Part shown: piece by piece, positions 10,074 through 20,154 of the stretch
Position numbering within the stretch: the first letter of the stretch is position 1
How the letters are laid out: every line of letters begins with the position of its first letter
Assembly: GCA_900544345.1 (NCBI GenBank)
Contig: UQUR01000002.1
Span: forward strand, 47,160-111,159
Length of the DNA stretch: 64,000 bases
Source: an uncultured Sutterella sp.
GTDB lineage: Bacteria > Pseudomonadota > Gammaproteobacteria > Burkholderiales > Burkholderiaceae_F
Direction of reading: 5' to 3'
Notes under the pieces: model-generated
Told to the model about the DNA's origin: nothing
Database searches by the model: none
Seen by the model: the letters and a program-made list of their open reading frames with translations, nothing else
Program-made: the position numbers and the translations under genes

Positions 10074-10084
10074 GCTAACACATT

Positions 10085-10795
10085 ATGAACGAAAATTATC
10101 ATCCACTGACCGACGAAGACATCAACCGCCTCGATGAACTTTTAGCAACGAGCAGTTGTGCTGAAGACACTTTTGATGTGAGTATGCTCGATGGCTTTCT
10201 TTCTGCTATTGCGCTTTTAAATCCGCCAGTCAAAGAAGAGTCCGAGTGGTACCCTTACATCTTTAACGAAGAGGGTAACCCCTGCGAAGTCGATGAGCCG
10301 GAAACTGTCCGCACACTCATTAATCAGCGTCTACAGGAAATCCGTGCTTTTCAGGCTCAGCGTCATTTTTATAACCCTATTATTTTCCCCCTGGAAGATG
10401 ATTCAGGTAATCCAGTAACAGGCCCTGAAGGACTAGCTGCACTCGAGCCATGGGCAATGGGTTTTTATAACGCTTTAGCTCAATATAGTGATCGAGTAGA
10501 TGTTACCGAAGCCATTGAGGCGCAGCTTTGTCGTATTCATCGCTTTTTAGAGCTCGACGAAGAAGATCCAGATTATCAGCAAAATCTTGCAATTCGTCAG
10601 GCAGTTGAAAAAGAACATCCCGTACGCAATCTCGAAGAAGGGATGGTCGAGATGATGGCCGGCGTCATCGAAATTGCTAAACTGAATTTACCCAATAAAC
10701 CCGTGAACCGGGCAACGCCTAAAATCGGGCGCAACGATCCGTGCCCTTGCGGCTCCGGTAAAAAGTACAAAAACTGCTGCGGCAAAAATGCCTAA
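10085..10795 (+). CDS. UPF0149 (YgfB/YecA-like) family protein with a C-terminal SEC-C metal-binding motif
   Basis: 236 aa. The C-terminus [18 protein letters not shown] is a SEC-C motif. ygfB-like genes sit next to zapA in enterobacteria. Confidence 0.7.
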   Translation: MNENYHPLTDEDINRLDELLATSSCAEDTFDVSMLDGFLSAIALLNPPVKEESEWYPYIFNEEGNPCEVDEPETVRTLINQRLQEIRAFQAQRHFYNPIIFPLEDDSGNPVTGPEGLAALEPWAMGFYNALAQYSDRVDVTEAIEAQLCRIHRFLELDEEDPDYQQNLAIRQAVEKEHPVRNLEEGMVEMMAGVIEIAKLNLPNKPVNRATPKIGRNDPCPCGSGKKYKNCCGKNA

Positions 10796-10798
10796 CAG

Positions 10799-12718
10799 TT
10801 AACCGATTGAATGATTTTTCCACTGGCGCCTGAGATGTCTTGAGGGCGCCAATGTTTTAAGCAGCCGAGCTTCGGCTGGCATCGGTCCTCCGAGCATCAT
10901 GCTTGTCAGCATTTCTGAGCAAAGTGTTGCCATTGACAATCCCCTCGAACCCCAACCACAGAAAACCCAAAGCCCATCAACCTCTGCGAACCCTTTTTTC
11001 TCTAAAAGCCTCGGATCTTTTTGAAGTGCATTAATGAGCGCCGTTTCATCAACGGCAGGACCGACGATTGGCAATCTACCAGGACCGGCAGCTCTTAAAC
11101 CACAATAAGCGCCGGTTACAACAACATCAAGAGGTTTTTCTAGTAAAGAGTCTAACTTTTGCAGATTCGCTAAATGAGCAGATTCTTCAGTCCAAGGACC
11201 ATTTCGTTTTAATTCGTAAGTGGCTCCTACGGCACAATAGCCATCGGGTAAATGCGCAATATAGCCTTCGCCGCTTACCGGGCACTTCAAGTCTGTTAAA
11301 TCCGTGTCACGCAAAAGTGTGATACGGCCGGGCAAGCTCTCCAGACCCAAAAATGAAGACTTTAAAAGTCGAGCTGAATCCAAAGAGGCACAAACTACCA
11401 CATCTGAAGCTTCATCAATGACTTCACCAAACGCACCGATTAATTGCCATAAATCCCCTTTTTTCGCTAAAGAAGAAACCGTCGTATTACCTCGATAGCT
11501 GATACCGGAAGCCTTGATTAACGCTCGGCAAAAAGCTCCTGCCCGAACCATGCCAGCTGACGAGAAAAACCATCCTCCTCGCTTAAGGGAAAGACCACTG
11601 ACCTCTAAAGCTTCTTTTTGATTTATCAGTCTGCCGTAATCAGTCGGTAGCCTAAACGGTAAATCCTGAGCTCGAGCTTGAACCCAACCCCTATAAATTT
11701 CTTCACTATGGGCCATCTGAAGACAGCCTGACTGATGAAAAAGACATTCATCCGATTGTGTTTCCAGATCTTTTAATCGACTCAGTGTCAATAGGAACCC
11801 TTCTCGTGAGAGCACGGCTAAGGGGCTGTCATCGCAGGTGAAGTGTGGATGTAGAATGCCCCAAGAAAGAGCACTTGCAGCCGAGCCAGGCACAACCCCT
11901 TCATCAATAACTCGTACTTTAACGCCTTGTTTTGAGAGGCTATAGGCCATATTGGCACCAGCCAATCCCGCGCCGATAATAATGACCTCCCGGACAGGAC
12001 GTATGAAATGTTTTGAACGACGCGCGCGCATCTCTCCGAAAAGGCGTTCTCTTTTTTTCCCAAAACCCTCTTTTTTCTGTAGTGCAAAACCCGCTCTTTC
12101 CAAAGCCCTTCTCACCGAACCACTTGTGCACCAAGTGGTTACCGTTGCACCTTCTTTTGCATAGCGGGACAAATTCCTCAAAAGTTCTGGATCCCACATT
12201 CTGGGATTTTTGCTTGGCGCAAACCCGTCTAAATACAATGCGTCATAACTTAATTGAAGTGTTTTCGAAAGAATTAATGAGTCTCCGAAAATTAGAATCA
12301 GTCGTACTTTCCCGCCATCGAATTCAAGGGTATGGTAGCCAGGAATACAAAAAGGCCACTTTTGAGCTAATTCACTTGCTTCAGAAGTCAGCTCCGGAGC
12401 ACAAAATTTTTTAATATCTTCTGCACTGACCGGAAAGCATTCCAAACTGACATAATCCAATCGCTCGCTTCGCTCAGGATCTTCACGCCAAGCTTTTAAA
12501 GTCGCTAAAAAATTCGTACCTAAGCCGAATCCATTTTCTAGAATCGTAAATGATTTCTTATAAGCCCATTGTTGAGCAATGTCTCCGCCAGATAAAAATA
12601 CCGCACAAGCCTGTCCGTAAGCACCGCTTCGGGTTGCGTAAATATCTCCAAATTCGGGTGAGAAGGCTTTCCCATCGTTGAGTTCTACAAGGGCAGGTTT
12701 AACTTTGAGCTGACACAT
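10799..12718 (-). CDS. mnmC: Bifunctional tRNA 5-methylaminomethyl-2-thiouridine biosynthesis protein MnmC (methyltransferase plus FAD oxidoreductase)
   Basis: 639 aa. The N-terminal SAM-dependent methyltransferase domain (LYLDGFAPSKNPRMW) and the C-terminal FAD-dependent DAO domain (IIGAGLAG) align with E. coli MnmC. Confidence 0.85.
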   Translation of the reverse strand: MCQLKVKPALVELNDGKAFSPEFGDIYATRSGAYGQACAVFLSGGDIAQQWAYKKSFTILENGFGLGTNFLATLKAWREDPERSERLDYVSLECFPVSAEDIKKFCAPELTSEASELAQKWPFCIPGYHTLEFDGGKVRLILIFGDSLILSKTLQLSYDALYLDGFAPSKNPRMWDPELLRNLSRYAKEGATVTTWCTSGSVRRALERAGFALQKKEGFGKKRERLFGEMRARRSKHFIRPVREVIIIGAGLAGANMAYSLSKQGVKVRVIDEGVVPGSAASALSWGILHPHFTCDDSPLAVLSREGFLLTLSRLKDLETQSDECLFHQSGCLQMAHSEEIYRGWVQARAQDLPFRLPTDYGRLINQKEALEVSGLSLKRGGWFFSSAGMVRAGAFCRALIKASGISYRGNTTVSSLAKKGDLWQLIGAFGEVIDEASDVVVCASLDSARLLKSSFLGLESLPGRITLLRDTDLTDLKCPVSGEGYIAHLPDGYCAVGATYELKRNGPWTEESAHLANLQKLDSLLEKPLDVVVTGAYCGLRAAGPGRLPIVGPAVDETALINALQKDPRLLEKKGFAEVDGLWVFCGWGSRGLSMATLCSEMLTSMMLGGPMPAEARLLKTLAPSRHLRRQWKNHSIG

Positions 12719-12962
12719 GAAAATAGCAATTTGGAGTTGTCGCTTAATTTGATACAGGGCTTATTGTAACGAAACCACTTTAACGATAATGCTACTTTCT
12801 CCTGTTAATCAATGGAAGTTAAATAATAATTATTTTATATTTGTCTTTTATTTAATTGTTTTATATATATTTTTTGTAAACTAATGAGTACCAAGAACGG
12901 AGAACTCATTGATGGAAAAGTTTTCTAGAAAATAGACTTTCGATTTATTTTGGCTATATGTA

Positions 12963-13106
12963 TTAGAAATTAATACGCCAATTAGCGCTGACACCGTGAG
13001 AGGTGATGTCACCACCAAACGCTTCGGTGTAGGACAGGCCAAATGTCGTATCCTTCGTGAGCTTAGCTTCAACGTCTAAACCAACCGTTGCTATGTTGTC
13101 GAGTTT
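12963..13106 (-). pseudogene. Remnant of an outer-membrane beta-barrel/autotransporter gene, C-terminus only
   Basis: The minus-strand frame reads KLDNIATVGLDVEAKLTKDTTFGLSYTEAFGGDITSHGVSANWRINF then a stop. This shows the alternating hydrophobic pattern and aromatic-x-F terminal motif of OMP/autotransporter last strands. A stop codon lies immediately upstream, so no gene body remains. It sits in a 720-bp AT-rich, gene-free gap. Confidence 0.35.
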
Positions 13107-13404
13107 TCACCTTGAGGTGTCGGTAGCCTAGCGGCAACTTGATAGGCCTCTCCGGGTACGAGTCAATGCTTTCACACTTATACCTGTCAGATATACATAC
13201 TGAGTTCCGTACGTGTATTTGCGCTTTGGAGCTGCTCTCCCTGCCCACCCAATATGCCTCCATTCATTAGGCCAGTGTTTTGCTATCTGCTTCTTTCTTA
13301 CCTCTTATTAACAAGACGCACTGACCGCGTCTCTATTTCTTACCTCACGTCAGTCGAAACAGTGGACTTGCACCACCAGCAGTGCGCCCTAGCGGGCGCA
13401 CACT

Positions 13405-13433
13405 AAAAACGGCACTTTTTTGAGGTGCCGTTT
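13405..13433 (-). terminator. Rho-independent terminator downstream of ettA (ACGGCACctcaaaaaaGTGCCGT followed by TTTT on the minus strand)
   Basis: Inverted repeat plus T-run. A second GC hairpin (GTGCGCCCtagcGGGCGCAC) lies just beyond it. Confidence 0.6.
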
Positions 13434-13439
13434 AATCAG

Positions 13440-15104
13440 TTAATGCTTCAATGGTTTAAAGCGAAGACGGTGAGGTCTTGCTGCTTCTTCACCTAAACGC
13501 TTGCGTTTATCGGCTTCATACTCAGTGTAGTTACCATCGAAAAACACTACTTTAGAATCACCTTCAAAAGCAAGAATATGCGTTGCAATACGGTCGAGGA
13601 ACCAACGGTCATGCGAGGTCACCATGGCGCAACCAGCAAACTCCAGCAAAGCATCTTCAAGCGCACGAAGCGTTTCAACGTCTAAATCGTTTGAAGGTTC
13701 GTCAAGAAGCAATACGTTGCCGCCCGCCAAAAGAGTTTTTGCCAAATGCAAACGCCCTCTTTCACCGCCAGATAATGCACCCACTAACTTTTGTTGGTCT
13801 CCACCCTTAAAGTTAAAGCGGCCGAGGTAAGCTCGGGAAGGCATTTGGAACTTGCCAACCTGCAAGATATCCTGTCCATCGCTTACTGCTTCCCAAGCGG
13901 TCTTATCGTTTGGCAACGAATCACGCATTTGATCTACTGCACTGATTTTCACGGTTTGGCCGATCTCGATTTCTCCACTATCAGGCTTTTCTTTACCCAG
14001 AATCATCTTAAAGAGAGTGGACTTACCAGCACCGTTCGGACCAATTACACCCACAATAGCTCCGGGCGGAATTTTGAAACTTAAATCATCAATTAAGAGT
14101 CGATCACCAAAACCTTTGCTGACGTGCTTGAATTCAATCACGTTATTGCCCAAACGTTCTGCAACAGGAATGAAAATTTCATTGGTTTCGTTACGAGCCT
14201 GATACTCGTAGCTACTCATTTCTTCAAAGCGAGCTAAACGAGCTTTACTCTTTGCTTGACGACCCTTGGCATTTTGTCGCACCCATTCAAGCTCGTGCTT
14301 AATCGCCTTCATGCGAGCGTCTTCCTGACGCTTTTCAATTTCAAGACGCTTTTCTTTTTGATCAAGCCACGAGGAGTAATTGCCTTTCCAGGGAATGCCT
14401 TCACCACGGTCTAATTCCAAAATCCATTCAGCAGCGTTATCTAAGAAGTAGCGATCATGGGTCACAGCCACAACGGTTCCAGGGAAACGATGCAGGAATT
14501 GCTCAAGCCACTCCACGCTTTCTGCGTCCAAGTGGTTCGTAGGTTCATCTAGAAGCAACATATCGGGCTGAGACAAGAGCAAACGGCAAAGGGCCACACG
14601 ACGCTTTTCACCGCCAGAAAGATGCTCGATTTTGGCCTCCCACGGAGGTAGCCGTAAAGCGTCGGCAGCGATTTCCATCTGTGTTTCTACATTGGTACCC
14701 GCTGCATTAATAATGGCTTCAAGTTTTGCCTGTTCAGCGGCAAGTGCGTCAAAGTCAGCATCAGGTTCAGCATAGGCGGCATAAACTTCATCAAGTCGCT
14801 TTTGGGCATTAATCACCTCACCCAAACCTTCTTCAACCGCCTGTCGCACAGTGTGATTTGGATCAAGCTGAGGTTCTTGTGGCAAGTAACCGATTTTGAT
14901 CCCCGGCATCGGCAGCGCTTCACCTTCGATATCGGTATCAACGCCTGCCATAATTTTTAATAAGGTTGATTTTCCTGCACCGTTTAAGCCCAAAACACCG
15001 ATTTTGGCGCCTGGGAAAAAGGACAGGGAAATATCTTTCAAAATCTGACGCTTCGGCGGAACGATCTTGCCGACGCGGTTCATCGTAAATACGTACTGTG
15101 CCAT
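13440..15104 (-). CDS. ettA: Energy-dependent translational throttle protein EttA (ABC-F ATPase, YjjK)
   Basis: 554 aa with two ABC cassettes (GLNGAGKST and GPNGAGKST Walker A motifs, LSGGE signatures) and an EttA-type N-terminus MAQYVFTMNRV. Confidence 0.9.
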   Translation of the reverse strand: MAQYVFTMNRVGKIVPPKRQILKDISLSFFPGAKIGVLGLNGAGKSTLLKIMAGVDTDIEGEALPMPGIKIGYLPQEPQLDPNHTVRQAVEEGLGEVINAQKRLDEVYAAYAEPDADFDALAAEQAKLEAIINAAGTNVETQMEIAADALRLPPWEAKIEHLSGGEKRRVALCRLLLSQPDMLLLDEPTNHLDAESVEWLEQFLHRFPGTVVAVTHDRYFLDNAAEWILELDRGEGIPWKGNYSSWLDQKEKRLEIEKRQEDARMKAIKHELEWVRQNAKGRQAKSKARLARFEEMSSYEYQARNETNEIFIPVAERLGNNVIEFKHVSKGFGDRLLIDDLSFKIPPGAIVGVIGPNGAGKSTLFKMILGKEKPDSGEIEIGQTVKISAVDQMRDSLPNDKTAWEAVSDGQDILQVGKFQMPSRAYLGRFNFKGGDQQKLVGALSGGERGRLHLAKTLLAGGNVLLLDEPSNDLDVETLRALEDALLEFAGCAMVTSHDRWFLDRIATHILAFEGDSKVVFFDGNYTEYEADKRKRLGEEAARPHRLRFKPLKH

Positions 15105-15168
15105 AACGGTACCGATACCTTCTAAAAGTTGAAAATAGGCAGCCCGAAAAAAGGTTGCCTACAAAAAA

Positions 15169-15846
15169 TTAATAAGAACGTTTCTTTTTGGCGTGGCGGC
15201 GTTTCCTTTTGCCAAAATAACCTTCAAAGACCCACTTTCTTCGCCAGTGAAGCGCTTCTTCATAAAGCGCCTCTCGCTCAGCCCCCATAGTCTGAGGCTG
15301 CCACTGCTTCCACTTTTTGTAGACGCCGCTCATATCTACGAGCTCAATAATCCGACGCCAAGAAGCAGGCATCCAACCTGTGGTTAGCGCTGCCTGAAAA
15401 TCAATTAAAAGCGGAGCACCTTCAGGCGAAACCAACCAATTGCCAGTACCGCGAGTGTCAAGATGCACCACCCCTTTGTCATGCACGCGCTGCATGAGTG
15501 ACTCCATCTGTATTAAAAATTCTTCTGTAACCTCAGACGGATCTTTTTTACCCAAAGGAGTGCCTGGCAAAAATGCGATAGCAATAGCGTGACGGTCAAT
15601 AACAAATGAGTCGCTGGCGACCCCTTCTACCCCCTCTAATTTCTGGAGGATTTTAAATTCATGACCTAAAAGAAAAGGTGCTAAAAAGGTTCTCACCCAC
15701 CAATTCCGAGGGGAGAAGTCTTTGACAGTCCACTCACGACCTTGCCAGGTCACACAGGTCACACGAGCGTTCGCCGCACGTCCGTCACGCAAAAGGCGTG
15801 TCGGCAATTCGGCCATTTCTTTGCGGCTAAATCCTTGCATCGTCAT
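15169..15846 (-). CDS. Lipopolysaccharide kinase family protein (Kdo kinase KdkA-like / RIO-like small kinase)
   Basis: 225 aa with a kinase catalytic-loop-like HLDTRGTGNWLV and a basic C-terminal tail. Assigned by family-level resemblance only. Confidence 0.5.
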   Translation of the reverse strand: MTMQGFSRKEMAELPTRLLRDGRAANARVTCVTWQGREWTVKDFSPRNWWVRTFLAPFLLGHEFKILQKLEGVEGVASDSFVIDRHAIAIAFLPGTPLGKKDPSEVTEEFLIQMESLMQRVHDKGVVHLDTRGTGNWLVSPEGAPLLIDFQAALTTGWMPASWRRIIELVDMSGVYKKWKQWQPQTMGAEREALYEEALHWRRKWVFEGYFGKRKRRHAKKKRSY

Positions 15847-15863
15847 GCAAAATCAACGCGTTA

Positions 15864-16241
15864 TTAAGGCATTTGAATTTTACTGGCAGCAGCGGCAAAA
15901 CCGGCATCGCCCGGGGTGACGATCTTGCTGGCGGCTTCTCGACGCATCTGCTCAAGTTTTGCAATGGTTTCTTGAACACCGTTCTTGGCTGCCTCACCGT
16001 ATCCCTTCACGGCCTCTTCTAGGTTTGCCGCCTTGATTTCAAACGAAATCGGCAAAGCACCCATTTGAGTCATGATCTGTGTTTCACCCATATAAACCAC
16101 TTCACGGGTCATATCTCGCACCCCTTCAAGGGTAATCGGAGTTAATACACGAATCGTCCCAATTTTACGATCTGTGATCACTTCTTCGCGAACCAGGGCG
16201 TTGACATCCATTTCCACTTTCATTTGCTCGAGATCGGGCAT
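15864..16241 (-). CDS. Hypothetical cytoplasmic protein (125 aa), no family recognised
   Basis: Clean ORF with coding-like composition, co-directional and closely spaced with the kinase-like gene downstream. Confidence 0.45.
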   Translation of the reverse strand: MPDLEQMKVEMDVNALVREEVITDRKIGTIRVLTPITLEGVRDMTREVVYMGETQIMTQMGALPISFEIKAANLEEAVKGYGEAAKNGVQETIAKLEQMRREAASKIVTPGDAGFAAAASKIQMP

Positions 16242-16357
16242 TTTTAATCCTTTTTAAAAGCAAACCCCGTGTCACCTGTTATCAACAGGTGATGCACGAG
16301 GTTATTTCACCAGAAATAACGGTACCTAATTGTACCGATTTTGTCTGATTTATCTGA

Positions 16358-16792
16358 TTAACGGTACACCATCACCGGCACTTTAGTGTGAGTGAGCACT
16401 TTCTGGGTTTCGCTTCCCAAAAGCACAGCCGCCAAGCCTTTTCGACCATGGCTAGCCATGAAAATTAGGTCGCAACCCAATTCGTCACAAACATCCATAA
16501 TTGCTTCAGATGGTGAAAAGCTCTTCTTGGAACAAATAGTCGCCTTGACACCTAATTTGTCAAAATACTCGCGAGCTTTCTCCAAGCGTTCCTTAGCTTG
16601 ATCTTTAACGCGCTGATCATATTGCTCGATACTTTCAGGGCGATATTCACTCAAATTTGTATAAGAGTAAGGCTCAATCACCGTCAAGACATAGACTTCA
16701 GCTCCAAGCTTCTGAGCAAAAGAAGCGGCGCCCGCTACAGCCATGTACGACAGCTCACTACCATCAATCGGAACAAGAATCTTTTTATACAT
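16358..16792 (-). CDS. Universal stress protein (UspA family, single domain)
   Basis: KKILVPIDGSE...GSHGR...VPVMVY motifs. The start is set at the ATG 16792, which has a GGAGA ribosome-binding site; the ORF track extends to 16819. Confidence 0.8.
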   Translation of the reverse strand: MYKKILVPIDGSELSYMAVAGAASFAQKLGAEVYVLTVIEPYSYTNLSEYRPESIEQYDQRVKDQAKERLEKAREYFDKLGVKATICSKKSFSPSEAIMDVCDELGCDLIFMASHGRKGLAAVLLGSETQKVLTHTKVPVMVYR

Positions 16793-16902
16793 ACAGTCTC
16801 CAGGTACATCCAGGTGCACTTTTCTACTCTCAGTGTAGGCGTTTTTTATCTAAAAAAGTTTGCGCTTTGTCAGCTCGTCAAGCATTGAATGTTTGTTCAG
16901 TC

Positions 16903-17655
16903 TTACTTGATTCCACATATGTTCTTTTCAAGCACATGTTTTACACACTCTTGAACTAATCGCATCGCAAAGGTCATCGTTACTGAAGCAAAAACACCGA
17001 AACCTTCACCTCCGTCTTGGCTTGCTCGCACTGGCTCATCACTAAAAACGGCACCGATTCCAAAACGAGCTGGCTTATCGCCGGCTTTCACTTTAGGAAA
17101 GCCGTATTCCTTTCTCAATTTTGAGCGCATAGCGGCAATGAGTGTATCGCCTTTTGCCAAAGCAACATCGGTAAAAGAAACGCGAGAAACATCCACTTTG
17201 CCGCCCGCCCCTCCGCTTGTTAGGACAAAAAATCCCCGTTTAGCGACTTCGGCAACCAGAAATGTCTTCGCTGACAGAGAGTCAATGCAGTCAATCACTG
17301 CGTCACAGGAAGGAATTAGCCTATCAAAATTTTCTGTTGTTAAAAATTCATCGACAGCATGAATTTTTAGATCCGGATTAATGGCTTGTAATCGTTGAGC
17401 TAGAACCTGAACCTTTTTCTTACCAAAATTACCTTCTAGAGCCGGAAGCTGCCGATTGGTATTGCTCTCTTCAATCGTATCACCGTCAATAATTGTGATT
17501 TCCCCGACAGCCGTGCGCGCCAAGGCTTCAGCGACCCAGCTGCCGACTCCTCCTACGCCAACTACGGTTATATGAGACTTTTGCAAACGCTCAAAACCTT
17601 CTGAACCAAATAAGCGGCTGATGCCGCCAAAACGTCTTTTATCTGCAGTATTCAT
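16903..17655 (-). CDS. tcdA: tRNA threonylcarbamoyladenosine dehydratase TcdA (CsdL/YgdL, ThiF/MoeB-like E1 family)
   Basis: VVGVGGVGSWVAEALAR Rossmann motif and alignment to E. coli TcdA. The start is taken at the ATG 17655 (MNTADKRRFGG...); the ORF track extends 72 codons further with no homology support. Confidence 0.8.
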   Translation of the reverse strand: MNTADKRRFGGISRLFGSEGFERLQKSHITVVGVGGVGSWVAEALARTAVGEITIIDGDTIEESNTNRQLPALEGNFGKKKVQVLAQRLQAINPDLKIHAVDEFLTTENFDRLIPSCDAVIDCIDSLSAKTFLVAEVAKRGFFVLTSGGAGGKVDVSRVSFTDVALAKGDTLIAAMRSKLRKEYGFPKVKAGDKPARFGIGAVFSDEPVRASQDGGEGFGVFASVTMTFAMRLVQECVKHVLEKNICGIK

Positions 17656-17890
17656 TTTTTTAATTGATAAAAAGCACAACATAGCCTCTGAGGGGTAGCG
17701 CTTCACCCCAAATGGCGCTAAAGTGATTGTAAGGAGATCGGAAGAAATTTTCGTTATAAGATAGTTGTAATTCGTATCTCCTAAAAGATTGCTCACAAGC
17801 CTATTGGGCTTGGGCTGAGGTGTTCGGCATTGTAACGGTCTTCGTGCTTGACCGAACAACTGTTTTTCCATTCTTATAAAAGGATGTTTT

Positions 17891-18790
17891 ATGAAAATCC
17901 TTATCCCCGTAGATGGTAGTGTTTACAGTGACAACGCGGTAGCTTTTGTGGCCAGCCGTACAACGTTGATCGGTCAAGAACCGCAGATTGTTTTGCTCAA
18001 TGTTCAAGCCCCTCTGCCCGCTCGCGCAAGCCGCCTCGTGAGCCGTGAAGCTCTTGATGACTATTACAAGGACGAAAGTGAAAAGGCCTTCAAACCTGCT
18101 CGCAAGATTTTGAAGAAAGCCAAAATGGTTGCAGAGGAAATTGCCAAGGTAGGCACTCCTGCCGAAGAGATCGCCAAAGTAGCCGAAGAGATGAAGGTTG
18201 ACCTTTTGATCATGGGCTCACACGGTCGCTCTGCCTTGAAGGGGTTGCTCTTTGGCTCTGTCACGAATGCTGTTCTTGCTTTGACCAAAGTACCACTTTT
18301 GATGCTACGCGATAAGGCTGCTCCTGAAACGGATGCCTTGAGCGTTGGTATTGCAGTCGACGGCTCTAAGTTCGGTACAGCTGCCGTGAAATATGCGATC
18401 AAGCAACTCGACCTCTTTGGCGGCGCTGCGGCCAAGATCCATTTGATCAATACGGTGAGTGACTATGCTGGTGCCGTAATGCCCGATATGACTGGTATGG
18501 CATTGCCCGCCTTGTCTGAAGATGAAGTGGTCGAATTGCAAAAGAGTGAATTTGCAGAAGCCATTGATCCGGTCTTGCCGCTTTTCGAAAAGGCTGGTGT
18601 TAAGCCCAAAGAAGTTTGCCTCGTTGGTAATCCCGGTGATGAAATTGCTGCCTACTGCAAGAAACGTCATCTCGATATCCTGGTGATGGGTTCTCACGGC
18701 TACGGACGCTTTAAAGCTGCTGTGATGGGCTCTACCGCCACGCGTATCGCCTCTATTGCTGATGTGCCGTTGTTGATTATCCGTAAGTAG
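17891..18790 (+). CDS. Tandem-domain universal stress protein (UspE-like)
   Basis: 299 aa carrying two Usp domains (ILIPVDGS...MGSHGRSALKG... and ...LVMGSHGYGRFKAAVMGST...VPLLIIR). Confidence 0.85.
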   Translation: MKILIPVDGSVYSDNAVAFVASRTTLIGQEPQIVLLNVQAPLPARASRLVSREALDDYYKDESEKAFKPARKILKKAKMVAEEIAKVGTPAEEIAKVAEEMKVDLLIMGSHGRSALKGLLFGSVTNAVLALTKVPLLMLRDKAAPETDALSVGIAVDGSKFGTAAVKYAIKQLDLFGGAAAKIHLINTVSDYAGAVMPDMTGMALPALSEDEVVELQKSEFAEAIDPVLPLFEKAGVKPKEVCLVGNPGDEIAAYCKKRHLDILVMGSHGYGRFKAAVMGSTATRIASIADVPLLIIRK

Positions 18791-18843
18791 GAATTCTCTG
18801 TTAATCACCAATAGCAATTAACCTCAGCTGTTAAGAAGCCACA

Positions 18844-20112
18844 GTGGCGAGAACCGCTGTGGCTTTGTTGTTAAACGAAATTTTTATGTCTGCCACCATC
18901 ATTAAAGTCATTTTGCTGACAGTAGTCGTTCAAATCGGCTGCGTGTCTAATCGTGTTAGCTGCTCACTCGATGGCTTGTATGAAAATGCCTCCGCACTAG
19001 AAGTGGGCATAATGATGGCGCTTTTTGCTTTTGTCCCAGCCCTTTTTGCTATTCGCTCTGGGCAATGGATTGACTCGGTGGGCCCCAAAAAACCAGTGCT
19101 CACCGGCATTTGCATCATGACGGTGGCCGCTGCTCTACCTTTGGCTTTTGATGTCAAAACTTTCGGTCTGTGGCCCCTTTATGCCGCCTGCACTATTAAC
19201 GGGCTGGGTTTCATGCTCGTTCAAATGACCAATCAACAGTTGGTAGGACACCTCTCCAAAGTTGAAAATCGAACTAACAATTTTGCTTTCTTGGCGATGG
19301 GTTACTCGACAGCCAATCTAAGTGCTCCAATTGCAAGCGGCTATCTGATTGATCATTTGGGTTTTCAAAGTGCTTACGGCATGGCCTTATGCTCTGTGGT
19401 TTTAGGGTTGACGGTTTTCCTCGTTCTGATTCGCTCCAAGCTTCCCGATTCCTGGAATCGTCCCAAAGTTGTCAAGCCCAAAGGCAGTTTTGAGCTGATG
19501 GGAATTCCTCATGTCAGAAACGTCCTCATTGCAAGTTCTTTCATGTCAATGGCTTGGGATTTGCAAAGCTTCATGATTCCAGTCTACGGAACCGAAATCG
19601 GGCTAAGTGCCAGTGAAGTCGGTTGGATTTTAGGGGTATTTGCCTCTGCCACCTTCTTTGTGCGCTTATTCATGCCGATTATTGCCAGACATTTGTCGGA
19701 ATGGCAAACCATTACCTGCGCTTTTGCGCTAGGGGCTCTTTCCTATGCACTTTTTCCAATTTTCGAAAGCTTCTACTTGCTTTGCGCTGTCGCATTCTTA
19801 CTAGGAATGGCCTTAGGCTCCTCTCAGCCCAATGTGATGAGTTTGATTCATTCCGAATCGCCCCCAGGAAGAACCGGTGAAGCTTTAGGGCTTCGCACTA
19901 TGCTTATTAATCTCTGTCATACAACACTTCCGATCATTTTCGGCGGTGCGGGTAGTGTCATCGGCGCGGGCTCAGTTTTCTATATTGTTGCTAGCCTGAT
20001 GGGCGGGGTTTCGGTTTTTACTTTACGTTGCCAAAAACAATCTCAGAGCCGTTCAGTTGAGCGAGTTGTCAATGAGCTAGAGCAAGAGCGAGGAAAAACA
20101 GAAGCTAAATAG
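18844..20112 (+). CDS. MFS transporter
   Basis: About 12 predicted transmembrane segments and an MFS-like loop pattern. The start could instead be the internal ATG at 18886. Confidence 0.75.
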   Translation: MARTAVALLLNEIFMSATIIKVILLTVVVQIGCVSNRVSCSLDGLYENASALEVGIMMALFAFVPALFAIRSGQWIDSVGPKKPVLTGICIMTVAAALPLAFDVKTFGLWPLYAACTINGLGFMLVQMTNQQLVGHLSKVENRTNNFAFLAMGYSTANLSAPIASGYLIDHLGFQSAYGMALCSVVLGLTVFLVLIRSKLPDSWNRPKVVKPKGSFELMGIPHVRNVLIASSFMSMAWDLQSFMIPVYGTEIGLSASEVGWILGVFASATFFVRLFMPIIARHLSEWQTITCAFALGALSYALFPIFESFYLLCAVAFLLGMALGSSQPNVMSLIHSESPPGRTGEALGLRTMLINLCHTTLPIIFGGAGSVIGAGSVFYIVASLMGGVSVFTLRCQKQSQSRSVERVVNELEQERGKTEAK

Positions 20113-20154
20113 ATAAAGGGGCGATCACTCGCCCCCTTCTCTTCTTTGTCAGAG

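Noticed and set aside
10025-10084. Possible 6S RNA (ssrS) downstream of zapA, as in E. coli
   Set aside because: Only 60 nt separate zapA from the next gene, and they are fully taken up by an intrinsic terminator. A 6S RNA of about 180 nt cannot fit here.
12881-13263. Two 63–64-aa minus-strand ORFs in the mnmC–ettA gap
   Set aside because: They have no start context or homology, and they are in different frames from the only recognisable coding remnant, the OMP C-terminus at 12963..13106. They are most likely decayed sequence.
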